A stretch of DNA of 64,000 nucleotides, taken from contig JAUCBJ010000121.1 in assembly GCA_032718475.1 (NCBI GenBank), positions 1 through 64,000 of the forward strand, given 5' to 3'. The translations under genes and the position numbers were made by a program. The stretch comes from Nemertoderma westbladi. Taxonomy: Eukaryota > Animalia > Xenacoelomorpha. The notes under the pieces were generated by a model. The model was not told the DNA's origin, ran no database searches, and was given only the letters and a program-made list of their open reading frames with translations. Below, piece after piece: positions 1 to 12,649 of this stretch. How positions within the stretch are numbered: position 1 is the stretch's first letter; each line of letters begins with the position of its first letter.

Positions 1-430
1 TTATAAAATTAACCCTTTCAAGATCCTGGGCCCTATGCGGGCTGCCACTTTTAGAGGGTACTGTGGACAAGCAATATTATATTTATATACTGCCATCTGA
101 AATATCCCGTAATCCATATAGGATGCCAATGAATAGCATGTCATTTTTTATGATTTTGTCACGTTAGATGTTGACCAATTACTTCAATTTCTATACAGAA
201 TGCAATTTTTTGAATCTTATGGCTGTGTTGTCTGTATCCAAAAAGATCAAGCCTTACCATGCCATGGTGTCTGGACAATTGTGACCCGGACTGTGAGCGA
301 ACAGGAAACACTATCATGTCTATGTCCAAATACAAACACCATTGCGTGGTTACAGTTGGTTTAAGGGGGGTCCATTATCATTGTCAGTAAATCACAGTTT
401 AAAAGAGTTTGTCAACAGGATGAAAAAGGT

Positions 431-1312
431 TTAAACGGGTTTAGCATTGTCACCAATGTCTGCAGCAGGATCCTGAGTAGGGAACTTATCACCTCTCATG
501 GAGTCAACACTGCCATTGCCTTCAAGAAGGCACAGCCTCTGGATAGGGCGTTGGTAGTGACCCTTTGCCGTTTGTATCGTCACAGTCCTCGCAAGTCCGT
601 CTTTACTCGGGTGTATTGCTGCAACTCGCGCCACAGGCCAGTGTACACGGTCTTTGAGGTCTTCCTTCACTAGCACCATGTCGCCAACTGCGACATTCCT
701 ATAGGTGTTGCTCCACTTCCTCCTGGTCTGGAGGGTTATGAGATACTCCTGGGCCCAGATTCTCCACCAATGTGCCGCCAACGCTTGGGCCTTCTTCCAA
801 TTGGTATGTCTCGCGATATTGTAGGGATCTGGGAACGTTTCCTCTGGAAGAATGTTGGTCTTGGGTCTTCCGAGTAGATGGTTAGGTGTAAGGGACTCAA
901 CCGGGGCATTCACCATCTGGGTATTACGGTAAATTAGTCCGTGCTCTCCCATTAATGGTCTCAATGTTATTATTGCAATTAACGTCATTATCATTATCAA
1001 CAACATTACTAGCCACCAAAGCATGGGCGAGCACCAATGTCCGTCTTTGAACGTTGCCTGATCAAGAACGTCGACACAATATTGATCTTCCTCGGACGGG
1101 TTCTCGTCCTTCTCGGCAAACTCTAGGGTCTCTAGGTTGCAGTATTTGGTCATCTCCTGCTGGGTTTTCTCGGTCTCAAGGAATAAATCCTCGCCCAGGT
1201 CTGTAGCTGAACAATAACCCACGGAGGTTGCATTCTCTTTAATCTGACATTTAGGGAGGTATGTATAGGTGTCTATAGTCTCCTCCTTGATGCCGCAGAG
1301 TGTCCATCCCAT
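431..1312 (-). pseudogene. pol: BEL/Pao post-protease linker fused to integrase C-terminal (DUF5641-type) region
   Basis: GWTLCG...EDQYCVDVL joined directly to RPL...LTPNHLLG...WWRIWAQEYLITLQTRRKW...VGDMVLVKE...WPVARV...DGLARTV. Confidence 0.85.
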
Positions 1313-1487
1313 GATTGTACGTTTGGCATAAAAGCCATCATCCTGCTTTACAGATCAGGCGACGTCTCCTGTGGGTATGTGTAATTCCGGTGTGTCGAGT
1401 CCGATCAATAGGGTGATGCGGTTCACGTCCAACGGTGGACATCTTAGGTCTACATCTTCCCGGTCTAACTGTATGAGTGGGGCGTAT

Positions 1488-2153
1488 TCAGCTGATTGTC
1501 GGAACCGCACTCGGAGTTCGGTGTGTACCAAGGTGTTCTTGATCGTCAGCTTGACCGTCTCGTAGCCTTTCATGACTCCTTTCATCTGGAGCAAGCACCT
1601 CCCCGGACTCTACTTCTCTATGGTCGGTGATAGTTTGTATGGGCCATTTGCAAGGTTTGTAGTCTAGGCAAAGTTGTTCGAGGAAATCCCGGTCGATGAT
1701 GGTTCCGTCCGACCTGTTATCGAGGAACGCGAGCGTTGTCAAGGATTTCCCGACCCCTTGAATTCTTACTGGGATTACTTTGGCGAAGACCATGTAACGG
1801 CGATTTATAAGGTTGATCGTGGCCGAGATATTTGTCACTTGTGATACATCGGTGGAGGTCTGAAATGGGTTGGTTTCCCTACATTGAATCGTCCGGGTTC
1901 CTTTAGAGACGTGGTTCGTTTCTCCTCTTCGTTTGGCTTTGATCCGAAAGGGGAGGGTGGTGAAGTCAAAGTTTGCAGGGATGTAGAGGAGTGTGTGATG
2001 ACGTAGGTCATTACAGACTGCGCAGCACGATCTTTGGTCGCAATCCCGAACATAGTGACCTGTTCCGAGACACCGGAAGCATCCTCGGTGTCTCATTATC
2101 GCCTCGAAGCGTGGAACGAGTTCAGCAAACAGGAACTTTCTGCAGAATTCCAC
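1488..2153 (-). pseudogene. BEL/Pao Gag zinc knuckles and aspartic protease remnant
   Basis: CFRCLGTGHYVRDC, CCAVCNDLRHH, and VIPVRI...AFLDNRSDGTII (decayed DSG motif). Confidence 0.8.
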
Positions 2154-2259
2154 CTTATGTTTCTCTCCGCAGAAGAGACATATAGGGGAGGCTGTTATGC
2201 CTTCCCTTTTGGGTGCTTACGGCTGATGTCGGTTCCTCGTAATCCTCGTCATCCAAGTC

Positions 2260-3018
2260 CTAGGCCATACTGACGGCCACCGTACTCACAGGAGTAGGGC
2301 GGAATCTTGGGTTTGGAGCGGGTGCCCTGCTCTGGTAATTGCTCTCCATCCCATCCAATTTGGAGAGACTCTGTTTGGAGAACATGGGGTCGTTCATGGC
2401 CTCTGATATATCTTCTTTGAATGCCGACATTTCGAGGAAACTAGGATCCCGATCCAGGTGTCTGCGTCGGAGATCGACACATTTATACGCCCATTTGCTT
2501 TGCAGCCATCCGGGGAACTTTTGGGCAATCTGTCGGAGGTTTAGAATGTTGTTTACTTGTTCCTCCTTATTTAATGGTTTTAGAGTGTAGTAGGCATCTT
2601 TCATGGAATCCGAGAACTCCTGGATATTCTGTGGGTCACCTAGGGACCCAGCGTCCTGTATCAGTTTCTCGAGAGTCTTATTAATTATAGTCCCGATATT
2701 TCCGTATCTTTTGTCTAGAGTTTTCCATGCATCATAGTATGCTTCATGAGATCCTCCCTCGAAACAATTAATGATTTGGCGTGGTTTGTCTCCCAGGTAT
2801 TGGGATAAATATACCAGTTTTTGTGCGTCGGTTATGTCCGTTGACCCAATCTGAGCGAAGAACCGTTTCTTGAATCCGAGGTAATCGATGGGGTCTCCTT
2901 CGAAGGTGCGGATCTCCATCTTGGGCATGGCTAGGCGGTTTTCCAATGCCCGGATAATGCCGACGTCATCTGAACTGGAATGACTAGGAGGGTTATAGTT
3001 ATTAGCACTCTCTCCCAT
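2260..3018 (-). pseudogene. gag: BEL/Pao Gag capsid-like (DUF1759-type) segment
   Basis: MPKMEIRTFEGDPIDYLGFKKRF...AWKTLDKRYG...KFPGWLQSKW; flanked by stops and frameshifts. Confidence 0.85.
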
Positions 3019-3479
3019 GCATGATGGATCGATGAGAGGTGGAGTTTTAATGATGACGCGGTTACGGATTTGTGGTGTGGATGTAAACGGGTTGTTGGAT
3101 CAAGGGGTGGCGTCCCGTTCCGAGTCCCTTTCAGGCTCGTACTTGGGTACACCCGGTACCGTGGGGTTGGAGTCGAAATAAGTTTCCTCATTTTTAAGCG
3201 TAACCGGTGGGAGATGAAATACTGGTGCTTGTGCAGATAACGTAGACTGTACGGTGGGCGGGAACTCAGGTTTCGGAGGTTTTGCATCTGGTGGCGTAAA
3301 TGACTTCTCTAATTCCGGTACCGGGATTGGTTCATAGTTCTGTTCTATACCCCTTTCCCAGTCCTCGTATAGTTGAATATCCTATTCTATAAGTGCGGCT
3401 TCGTATTCCGCGAGTTTCGCAATATCCGCATTCTTTTTATGGATGAGAATCGCTTGGGCCTCGGCATGTTGTTTACGCA

Positions 3480-3765
3480 TTTCTGCCTCCCGTTTGCGTT
3501 GTTCGGTCTCCTGTTTGGCCTCTCGTCTACGTTGTTCGGCCTCCCATTTGCGCTGTTCGACCTGTCGTTCAGCCTCTTGTCTATGCTGTTCGGCCTCCTG
3601 TTTGGCCTCTCATCTACGTTGTTCGGTCTGTCGTTCGGCCTCTTGTCTATACTGTTCAGCCTCCTGTTCGGCCTCTCGTCTACGTTGTTCGGCCTGTCGT
3701 TCGGCCTCTTGTCTATGCTGTTCGGCCTCCTGTTCGGCCTCTCGTCTACGTTGTTCGGCCTCTCA
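3480..3765 (-). repeat. ~66-bp coding tandem repeat (coiled-coil Gag segment)
   Basis: Repeating ggcctctcgtctacgttgttcggcctgtcgttcggcctcttgtctatgctgttcggcctcctgttc units that read AEQ/AER-rich on the minus strand. Confidence 0.75.
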
Positions 3766-4394
3766 TTTCTGCATTTTGGCTGCTAATACATCTTGCTCGA
3801 CTCGCAGTTGAACATACTCATCTTCCATCCGAGCTTTGAGGGCCAATGTCTTCTGCTCTCGTAGCTGATCTCGGAGTGGTTAACCCCCTTGAGAACTGCG
3901 TGCTGAACCGGACCTCTCGTCCTAGCGCTGGAGTGCTGGTTCCTAGAGGACCCCGTTCTCTTTCGATTAATTGCTGTCCTCTGTTCGCACTGATTCTGCG
4001 TCTGTTCTTTCAGCTCTCTTATAATATTGTTCCTCGTAGCCTCTCACGAGGCTGAGGGTCCTCCGGTGTTGATTGCGGAACTCATCTAGATGTACCACAT
4101 GTTCTTCTAATCTGGGGTAGTTTACCTGATCAGTGGCGGGGATGAGTTCTTAATATGCCTGTATCATCCTCTCATATCGTTGTAAGATATTTCGAATATT
4201 CTGAAGCTGAGTTTGTATCTCGTTGAGGGGGGTTTCGACTCTCCTGAGATGTTTCTCTATACGCTGATACGCTCGAGTGACTCCGCCTTTGAGAGCGCCT
4301 AGTCAACGGGTCATGTTCTTGACGTTCGGTACCTCGTCGGCCTCCGAGTCTGTGTGGGTGTCCATCTCATCGGCGTCGGAGACGTTGTTCGTCG

Positions 4395-4586
4395 TCATTC
4401 TAGCGCCTCGTTGATAGCTAGATATGCGATGTTGTAAAATAGTTCTTCGTAGCTTTCGTACTCAGCTTGGACTACCCGAACGGTAATCCTGAATCGTCCG
4501 ACATTCGTTCCTTGTACTTCAACCTCGACGTGCCAGATTCCTGGCTCAACTTGGATTATGTCGATGGGTGTGATCGATACTTCCAT
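4395..4586 (-). CDS. 63-aa orphan ORF directly upstream of the BEL gag
   Basis: ATG start, globular-looking composition; its TGA (4395-4397) overlaps the gag ATG (4396-4398) as ATGA. Confidence 0.4.
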   Translation of the reverse strand: MEVSITPIDIIQVEPGIWHVEVEVQGTNVGRFRITVRVVQAEYESYEELFYNIAYLAINEALE

Positions 4587-7107
4587 TCCCTGTTAACGAC
4601 TCCCTATATGTAATCTGCCGACTACGAGTTTATTAGATCGAGTTTGTCGATTGATTAAACCACGGCTTTGTCTTAACTCAAATACCAGAGTTTCCTCGTA
4701 GTGGGTGCTGGGTAAGCACAGAGAGAGTTTGAAGAGTATTGTAGGATTCCCAACTTCCACCAGTTGAAGTTGGCCGCATCTTATTCTCAATTTTGTTGCC
4801 ATTATTTGCCATTACTTCTTCATCCTCATCTCTCAACATTCTAACATCCGATTCTACTGCGCTGTTTGGCTCGCCTGGTTTTTCTTTTTCCGTGTCTGCG
4901 TTTTGAGTTTCTTGTTCTCCTTGGTGTCGTTCAACTTTCTCGATGGCAACGTCAGTGGGTGGAATGAGGACGGGTACAACATCGTCATGGATGTCTTTAA
5001 TTACAACATAAGGGTTATATTGGCGCCCTAGACGGCCTCGCCGATTCATACGGCCTCGTTGTCCGTAATTAGTGATAACATTAATTATGGGGTTACGCCC
5101 ATTTATATTAATTCGATCAATTTTTCTACAGTAGGTATGCTTAATAATCAATTTCGTGCACACCACTTGTTTGTTTTTTTAAATAGCGCATTTAGAGGAA
5201 AAGGAACAGGTTAATGACGTGGTCATTTCTAAGCAAAACAATAAACGATCACTTTGCCATTTCAGGGAAACCATATGCTGAGACAGTCAGTAGTCACATG
5301 GTTTGACACTCAGTAGTCACTCTCGCGTGTCCGTCCCACCCCTCCCGAACCCCGAAAGGATTGGTCATCGGGAACCAGTACGGCTTGGCTAGGGGTCCAT
5401 CGGTTCATCGCAGAGACCCAACCACCTAGGCTTTCCGAGTCCTTATTCAGGCTTGTAGTCGCTTCGGCAGCCGAGAAACTGCTCCGAACAGTCGGTAGGC
5501 CAGTAGAGTCCAGTCCTTTGTCTTTCGACCCCGTTGCGTGTCCGTCCCACCCTTTCCTCACCCCGAAGGGATCGGTCACCTGGCCAGGCCATATATCCAA
5601 TAGTAAAATAATTAAAAAATTTAAATTTCAAAAACTATAAAAAAGATAACTTCCCCTTTATTTTAAAATATATTTCAAGTGGATTTATAAGTTTAATATA
5701 TGGGAGAATCAAAGCTAAAAATTACTTATCAACCCACTTAACGATTAATATTATTAAATTTTGGATATGTAGATACAAAATACAAAGGTAGCAGTACCGA
5801 CAATATATAACAATTTCCCAGGTTGCGAATCAGGATGTGATTGTGAGTTGTCTGCTTAGGCGACTGTGTATTACATTAGACGGCAGTTTGTTTGGTTGAT
5901 GTAAGTCATTATTGGTTTTCATCCTCCAATCCCATCTGTTTCATGGAGTCTGTGTGATGCATGTTAGTTACGGCGGCGGCGACAGAATCCATATGCTGAG
6001 AGGTCAGCCTCCGGGCCGCTCAGTTTACGTGCGTATACGTTTATTCCAAACACTCAATCGAAGAAATTATCTTTAGTTTAAAATTATTATTAAAAATATG
6101 AAGAAATTATCGGGAGGGGGTGGGCCATCACGCTGTTGAACTACAGAACAATTTATCTACGATTTCTCGCGAATTCTTCCAGTTTCTCAAACTCTTACAA
6201 TTTGCTGTGCGCGATATAGCGCTCTCTAACAGCGGAGCAACTCAGTCAGTCAGTTGTTTACTTCAGTTGTTCTTCTCACCGGAGCTGATGTTTCCTTTAC
6301 CAACTTCTATTCTAAGACGCCAAGACCACATTTTTTTGATAGCGAAGTCTTATTCAAGGAACGGCAGGTCATAGAAGAATCGTAATCAGATGTCTCGAAA
6401 CAGTTGAAAAGTTCAGCATTGGGTATGGGTATTCCGAGTGTGTTTCGCCAGAGCGAAAGGCAGATTGTAAGTGAATCTCACATTAAAGTAGCGCCAAAAG
6501 TGCCTTCATTGATCGCCTGCGCTTCAACATCGACTATGTACTACAGTGGGCCTACTACCAACAAACTGTAAATAAAAAAATTAATACCAACAACTCAAGC
6601 CCATCTGTTGATGTGTGGTAGTGGTAGTAGAGGAGAGGCTACTACTGCTGTACTGCTTTTGGTAGGCTTAACAGGTTGTTTATTTATTTGAGTTTATTAT
6701 GACTGTATGAGGTTGCTTGGCAATGAACAATTGGACAGAATGCACAATACAATGCATAACACATAAGGTGTATGTAGGCCCTACACCTTGATAACACAAT
6801 ACAATGAGTCAACCCACCTTTCCTTAAATGTCTTATACGCCAACCATTTAATAGACGTCTGGTCTTGCCCAATCAGAGAACAGTAAATAAGCTGCATTTA
6901 ATTAACCAAATGCTGTTATGTGGTAGTGGTTTGTAGTAAGAAAAATATTGGCTTGGAAAAGGAATTTATTAGCACATAATGTAAATATTGTACTTAAATA
7001 TTATTTGTAACAACTTCATATTGGATTACTAAAAGAAGCCAGGAATTCACAATAACAAGATCCAAAATGTAAAGGCTATAAGTTCTCTAGACAATAGACA
7101 GTTTCGA

Positions 7108-7397
7108 GCGAGCCATGAAGCGAGTGAAGCCTTAGCATATGGGTACCATTAGCGAGTTGTGGGGGCGAGCTACGATGAAGTAAGGAAGGTTATTGTATTT
7201 ATAATATTACTATTTTAATTTGATTATTTTACTTAAATCTGCCATCGCTTTTATTTAAAAATTTCTCCCGCCACCTCACCCACTTATCCCGCCATCGCCA
7301 TCTGCCCAAGTTATTTTGTTGATTTGATGAAAAAATAGGGCGAGCCATGAAGCGAGTGAAGCCTTAGCATATGGGTACCATTAACGAGTTGTGGGGG
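7108..7397. repeat. 58-bp direct repeat pair (7108-7165 and 7340-7397)
   Basis: gcgagccatgaagcgagtgaagccttagcatatgggtaccatta(g/a)cgagttgtggggg occurs twice. Confidence 0.85.
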
Positions 7398-10300
7398 AGC
7401 ATGTAGGTACTATTGTTGAATTTGCCGATTATTATTGTTATTATATTAATTGTCGTAATTATTACTTACATTAATTTTCGGTAGGTGGCGGTGTGTGAGT
7501 TTCACCAACCATCCGAGGCGGACATATGCACATCGGCCGCCGACTGGCGATCGGCGAGATAGCAATCCCCGGGCGCGCCGGGAGCACCCCATCTTTACGT
7601 GGTACGTCCCGTATTCTATCTTCCCACGCGAATCTCCGCGCTACCATCACTAAATGTCGCCCCCTTGTTAAGGGGCGATGAATGAAGGCAACAGACAACA
7701 GACATCGGTTTATAGGGTTTAACTTCGGGCGTTATAAATGTCACCGTTGGTTTATTAGGCCTCCTAAGTGGTTCGATAGCACCCCCTCGAGGCCCCCACC
7801 CAAAAGTTTGGGGCACCCTACCAGAAACTGGTATTTGTTGGTTGGGTTCAACGATTTTATTCGCTTCAGCCATTATAATACAGAAATTATTATACTGCTA
7901 TATGGCCAGTCAACCATGTCAAACGCTCCCCCCCCCCCCCCCCCCCCCCATTAATTAAGCAATCTGATGTAAAACCGAATTCAACATCTGCTTTACCACC
8001 CTTCAACTTAGAAATCGCCTCAGCTACCAATTTGGCAGAAACAGACATACTTTCGTCAATAACAAGATTTTGCAATTCTGAAATAGTTTAGAATCAACGA
8101 TTATAATATATTTTAAAAATCGGAAAAAATGAACAACAGAGGGTGGCATACACTACACCAATAATATAATATTTTTTTCAGATTATTAAATCGCCATTTA
8201 TATTTACTAATAAAATAAAGTACAAAGCGGTTTGGTTGAATGGCTTAGTGTGGAGTGGGGTGGTGGGAAGAATATGGAAGTTTATAGAAGAACAAACAAT
8301 AATTCTTATGACATTATGTAATAAGCCTCTCTTCAATAAACTCCTTTACTTTATTCGGTTCTGATGGCCATATATATGATATATGGGCATCAGCCTCTGC
8401 TGATATGGTTTTCTCCCCATCCGCCTGTGTGATGGTACCCCACATCGACCATCCCACTACAGACAAACCACATTCTCTATTGATTCTTCCTGCAATACTT
8501 TTTCTCTGCATTCTTCAAGGCTGGAACACCGAAATTACCAAGAGGTAAAGCCAGCGGAGAAGGATTAATAAAAAGTTTTGATAGATTGAAAGAGAATAGC
8601 CCGTCCTCGGCTTCTGGAAATCCTGGAATTTCTGGATTGATAAACATTCCAGCACACCAGTTGACTGAACGCCTGCTCTTATAATAACACACACATACTG
8701 CCTCCTTGGATAAGATGCCTCCTTAACACACACCCCGGAGATACTGACTTTTACACACTTGTAGCTAAACATATGAGTGTCAGTATCGCCAGGGTATTGG
8801 TTGTAGGGGACGTAGGGAACTTCGTACACTGGGCCAGGGGTTAGTTTTATAGGGGATCCAGTATGTATAATGGGATTAGATGAGTCGTTGCTCATATATT
8901 TACAGTTGAAATATGCAATCCATAATCCACAATATACAATCCACGATCGTGTATCATGGACTTCCTTTGTTCGTAATTTCAATTTATCCTGATTTTATCT
9001 TTAAAACCTACGCAAATGGAGTTGAGGTTAGAATTCTGAGTTTATCTAAGAATAGAGTTTTTAATCTCAAAAAAAACATATTTTGGATGATGCCGTTCGT
9101 CAGTTGACTACGCTTAGTAAGACACCAGGACATAAAGAGGAGATCATAGTGCGAAACATGGAGCTCTTGGGATGTTGTCAATTTGGAGGGCGCAATTATT
9201 ATATGATGGCGGGCCTTTGATCTAGAACTCGATACATGATTATCTTGTTGCCATTATCTCGTCATGATATTGACGTCACACCTCTCCTTTGTTCTTTCTC
9301 TAACATATGAACACTTTCCATTGTCATATTTTAATCATCTACCTCTATAAAAAGCTATCATGATGGCCACGGTTCACTCTAGAAACATTTCCATATAAAT
9401 TTTTATCCTTTTCTGTCATCTAATTACAATGTTTTCTTACATATAAGAATATATTTACTTTTTGTATTAACTTCGCCAAACCCTTCAGCTAATTTGCCAT
9501 GAAATACCGAATCTTCAACAAACTGAAATGTATACTCTTCATTCCAACGAAATGAAGCTTTCATTACTGACCTACATCTTTTTGTGTTAAAATTTAATTG
9601 TATAACACATTGCTGTAAGAAGTTACCATGTTCAGTGGGCAAACTCTCACCTCTACCATTATTGTAAGATTTACAAATAACGAATATATCCTTGCCTGGA
9701 ATGTGATTCATCATTTCAACATTATCAACCATATCAACTGTAGGAACAAGATCACAAATATCTCCTGCAACCTGATCTGCGACCATATCACCTAAATGTA
9801 AGTGGCCTAAAACCACACTAATTTTCTCCAGGCAATCAGTAACATTCGTATTAGACCTTGGAACCCTTGTGTTATTATTGACAACACGGCAATACATTAT
9901 ACAAACTGACAATGACTGCAATCATAAACCTGGTGCTAAATTGTCTACTTTATGAATAACCCAAGGTCTCATTCCAGTACTTGATTAAGTCTGTATACAA
10001 GGCATTTCTTTTCTTGATATTTCCCTAACAGATTGTTTCCCAATTTTTATCACTCGTTGCTCTCTTATAACAATATCAATATGTATCATATGTCATATGT
10101 GCTGTATCAATATGTATTGCTCCTTGTAAATTATCCTTTATTTTATCAGGTGGCGGCAAATCATGTCTTTACAACTTCCACGTAATTATCTTCTAGGTTA
10201 GGTCTACCATCCCTAACGAATTCAATAACATCCACTCTGTATTCCAAAATTAATCTATTAGCCTTCTCTAATCTGTTATCATCGTAAAAACAAATGGAAA

Positions 10301-10915
10301 CTGAATCCGCGGATCCAAATCTATGAATGTTGAAGATATTCTGTTGTAACCACCTTTTGCATTTATCGTCCGATACGAATCCACATGCTATCCAACTCTT
10401 GGTTCTCTCTCTAATTACATGGAATGATATCTTTGCCATAGATAATATATCTGGCCACGCGAACAAGTATCTTGCATTATCGTCACCTGTAATGTATTTA
10501 AAACTTTTTTAAATATAAAGATTAAATAAAATATAACATCAAACAAAAAAAAATTAAAAAAAAGACTGCAGACACAACGGATGTGTCTCTGTCTATATGA
10601 CAGTGATTTCTAACAAACTATTAATTTACATTTTCGGCTAATTATTTTTCAATACAGGTTTTCTGGGGTGCAAAATACATTGGAAAATATTTAAAAATGA
10701 TATGATTACTATAAATGGCTGTTTAGTCCTCTCTGCGTAGGAAAAAATGAAAAAAACAAGTTAACCAGCACTTTTCAGTTAGAACACAAAATTTTTAATT
10801 CACTTATACGATGCTATAAATTCACATTTTCAGGTTTTCGAGGGCGCTGATTCTAATGGAATACATTTCTAATATGCCAGATCATTGCTACTTGTATTTT
10901 TCGGCGTAATTTGGC

Positions 10916-11300
10916 AAATTTTGGTGCTAGCACCAAATTTCGTACCCATCACCAAAAAGTACAAGTTTGCGATGCCCAGTGCTGTTTTTATTGATTCCAT
11001 CGGATTCAGGACCCTCATAAACCCGTATAACGCAAGAAACTAGGTGATACTATCTACTAATCAATTTGCATATTTTCCAAAATTTGGTGCTGGCACAACA
11101 ATTTTCACCCACCGGCGAAAAATACAAGTTTGAGAACTCTTATGAAATTTTTACTGATTCCATTGAATTCAGAACCATCACAAACCCGTATAACGCAAGA
11201 AACAAGGTTACACAATCAATTGATATATTTGATGGTTTTCAAAATTTGGTGCTAGAACCACATTTTGCACCCACATCCGAAAAATACAAGTTTGAGATGT
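10916..11300. repeat. Diverged ~163-bp tandem repeat, about 2.4 copies
   Basis: aaatttggtgct...tacaagtttg recurs near 10916, 11080 and 11242; aaacccgtataacgcaagaaac occurs twice. Confidence 0.7.
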
Positions 11301-11546
11301 AGTGAACTTAGAAATATATATTATTTAGTTTTTTGCGATTATTGCGTGATTATTGCGTTTACAGCTTTAATACAAAATTATAGTAATATATATTCGAGCA
11401 AATTCAAGACAATTAGCATAGCACAAATAGTAAGGGGTAATTTCTTTATATTTCTTAAATTATTTAGTTATTTGTATGGAATTTCGCACTATCAAATCCT
11501 TCAATCTTATTTTCAAACTTTAAATCGCAGTGCGACATTATTTCTC

Positions 11547-11755
11547 AGTATGTCCCTACGCCATACATTTTAGTATGTATTTCAGTTAGGCCCCCTATAT
11601 CCAGTAAGTCCCTACGCCATACATTTTAGTATGTATTTCAGTTAGGCCCCCTATATTCAGTATGTCCCTACGCCATGCATGTTAGTATGTATTTCAGTTA
11701 GGCCCCCTATATTCAGTATGTCCCTACGCCATGCATGTTAGTATGTATTTCCAGT
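11547..11755. repeat. 56-bp minisatellite, about 3.7 copies
   Basis: Unit cagtatgtccctacgccatacattttagtatgtatttcagttaggccccctatatc. Confidence 0.9.
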
Positions 11756-12287
11756 ATGCCACCGCGTCGTTATTAGGTTCTTCTAGAAAGTTTCATTGCA
11801 TAACTACAAATAATTATTTACAAATAAATAAAATTAGATTCGCCATTATTCATAATTAGCACATTAAAGTTTTTATGTCCCTCGTTCTATTATTCGTGCC
11901 GTAACGCTATAATGTGCTATATTATGAACAATGTCTTTTATTACACCATTACTAGTAGTGAAAGCAGTGCGAAATTATATTACATTACACTATCACTATA
12001 TTTGCAGGCCTAGTTGATACAACAGTGTTTCTTAATTACTATTAGATAATTCTAACTTAAGCTTACATAGTAAATCAGAAAATCACCCAGATTGAAAAAT
12101 ATTTTAAACAAAGTAAAACACAGTAATCAAAAGTTATATATTCTATAAAGAGCAGGCCTATAAAATATAATAGTGAGGTATAATAGTAATATAATGGTAT
12201 AGTAATATAAGGATATAGTAAATATAAGTAACATAGTTCTTATACGATATACTGTAGGTCTATAAGTTCAGACTTGACTTGACGTTC

Positions 12288-12452
12288 AGCCCATGACTTT
12301 CTTGAGACGCATCTTAAAGGAGACTGGCCTTAAAGATGCGGATGATCTAGCAAATGCCATGGGTGATAGGGAGTTGTGGCGGTGCAATTTTGTTGACAAG
12401 CCGGCACAGCATTCTTAAAAATGCAGCTGCAATGCAGCATGCCGATCCTAGT
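12288..12452 (+). mobile_element. 5'-truncated RTE-like LINE 3' end
   Basis: Matches the 3' end of the copy at 49260-49806 (cagcccatgactttcttgagacgc...gcatgccgatcctagt). Confidence 0.88.
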
Positions 12453-12529
12453 ATAAGTTCAGAGCACCCACCAGAATCAGAATAATAAATAATATACAGT
12501 AATATACTGTAATAAGTAATACATAAGTA

Positions 12530-12645
12530 ATACATATAAGATACATATAAGATACATATAAGATACATATAAGATACATATAAGATACATGTAAGATACA
12601 TATAAGATACATATAAGATACATATAAGATACATATAAGATAAAT
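12530..12645. repeat. 11-bp tandem repeat (catataagata)n
   Basis: About 10 consecutive copies. Confidence 0.92.
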
Positions 12646-12649
12646 ATAT

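Larger units (their letters stand above)
431..4398 (-). mobile_element. Decayed BEL/Pao LTR retrotransposon coding region, internally deleted (RT, RNase H and most of integrase missing); LTRs not identified
   Basis: Fragmented ORFs in BEL order on the minus strand: Gag N-terminus from ATG at 4398 (MTTNNVSD...R*LGALKGGVTRAY), capsid-like FEGDPIDY...QKLVYLSQYL, knuckles CFRCLGTGHYVRDC and CAVCNDLRHHTLL, decayed protease (AFLDNRSDGT), GWTLCG, then a jump to the integrase C-terminus (LTPNHLLG, WWRIWAQEYL, WPVARV, RPIQRLCLLE). Confidence 0.88.

Noticed and set aside
3373-3811. Plus-strand Leu/Phe-rich and Cys/Ser-rich ORFs
   Set aside because: Antisense shadows of the minus-strand coiled-coil repeat.
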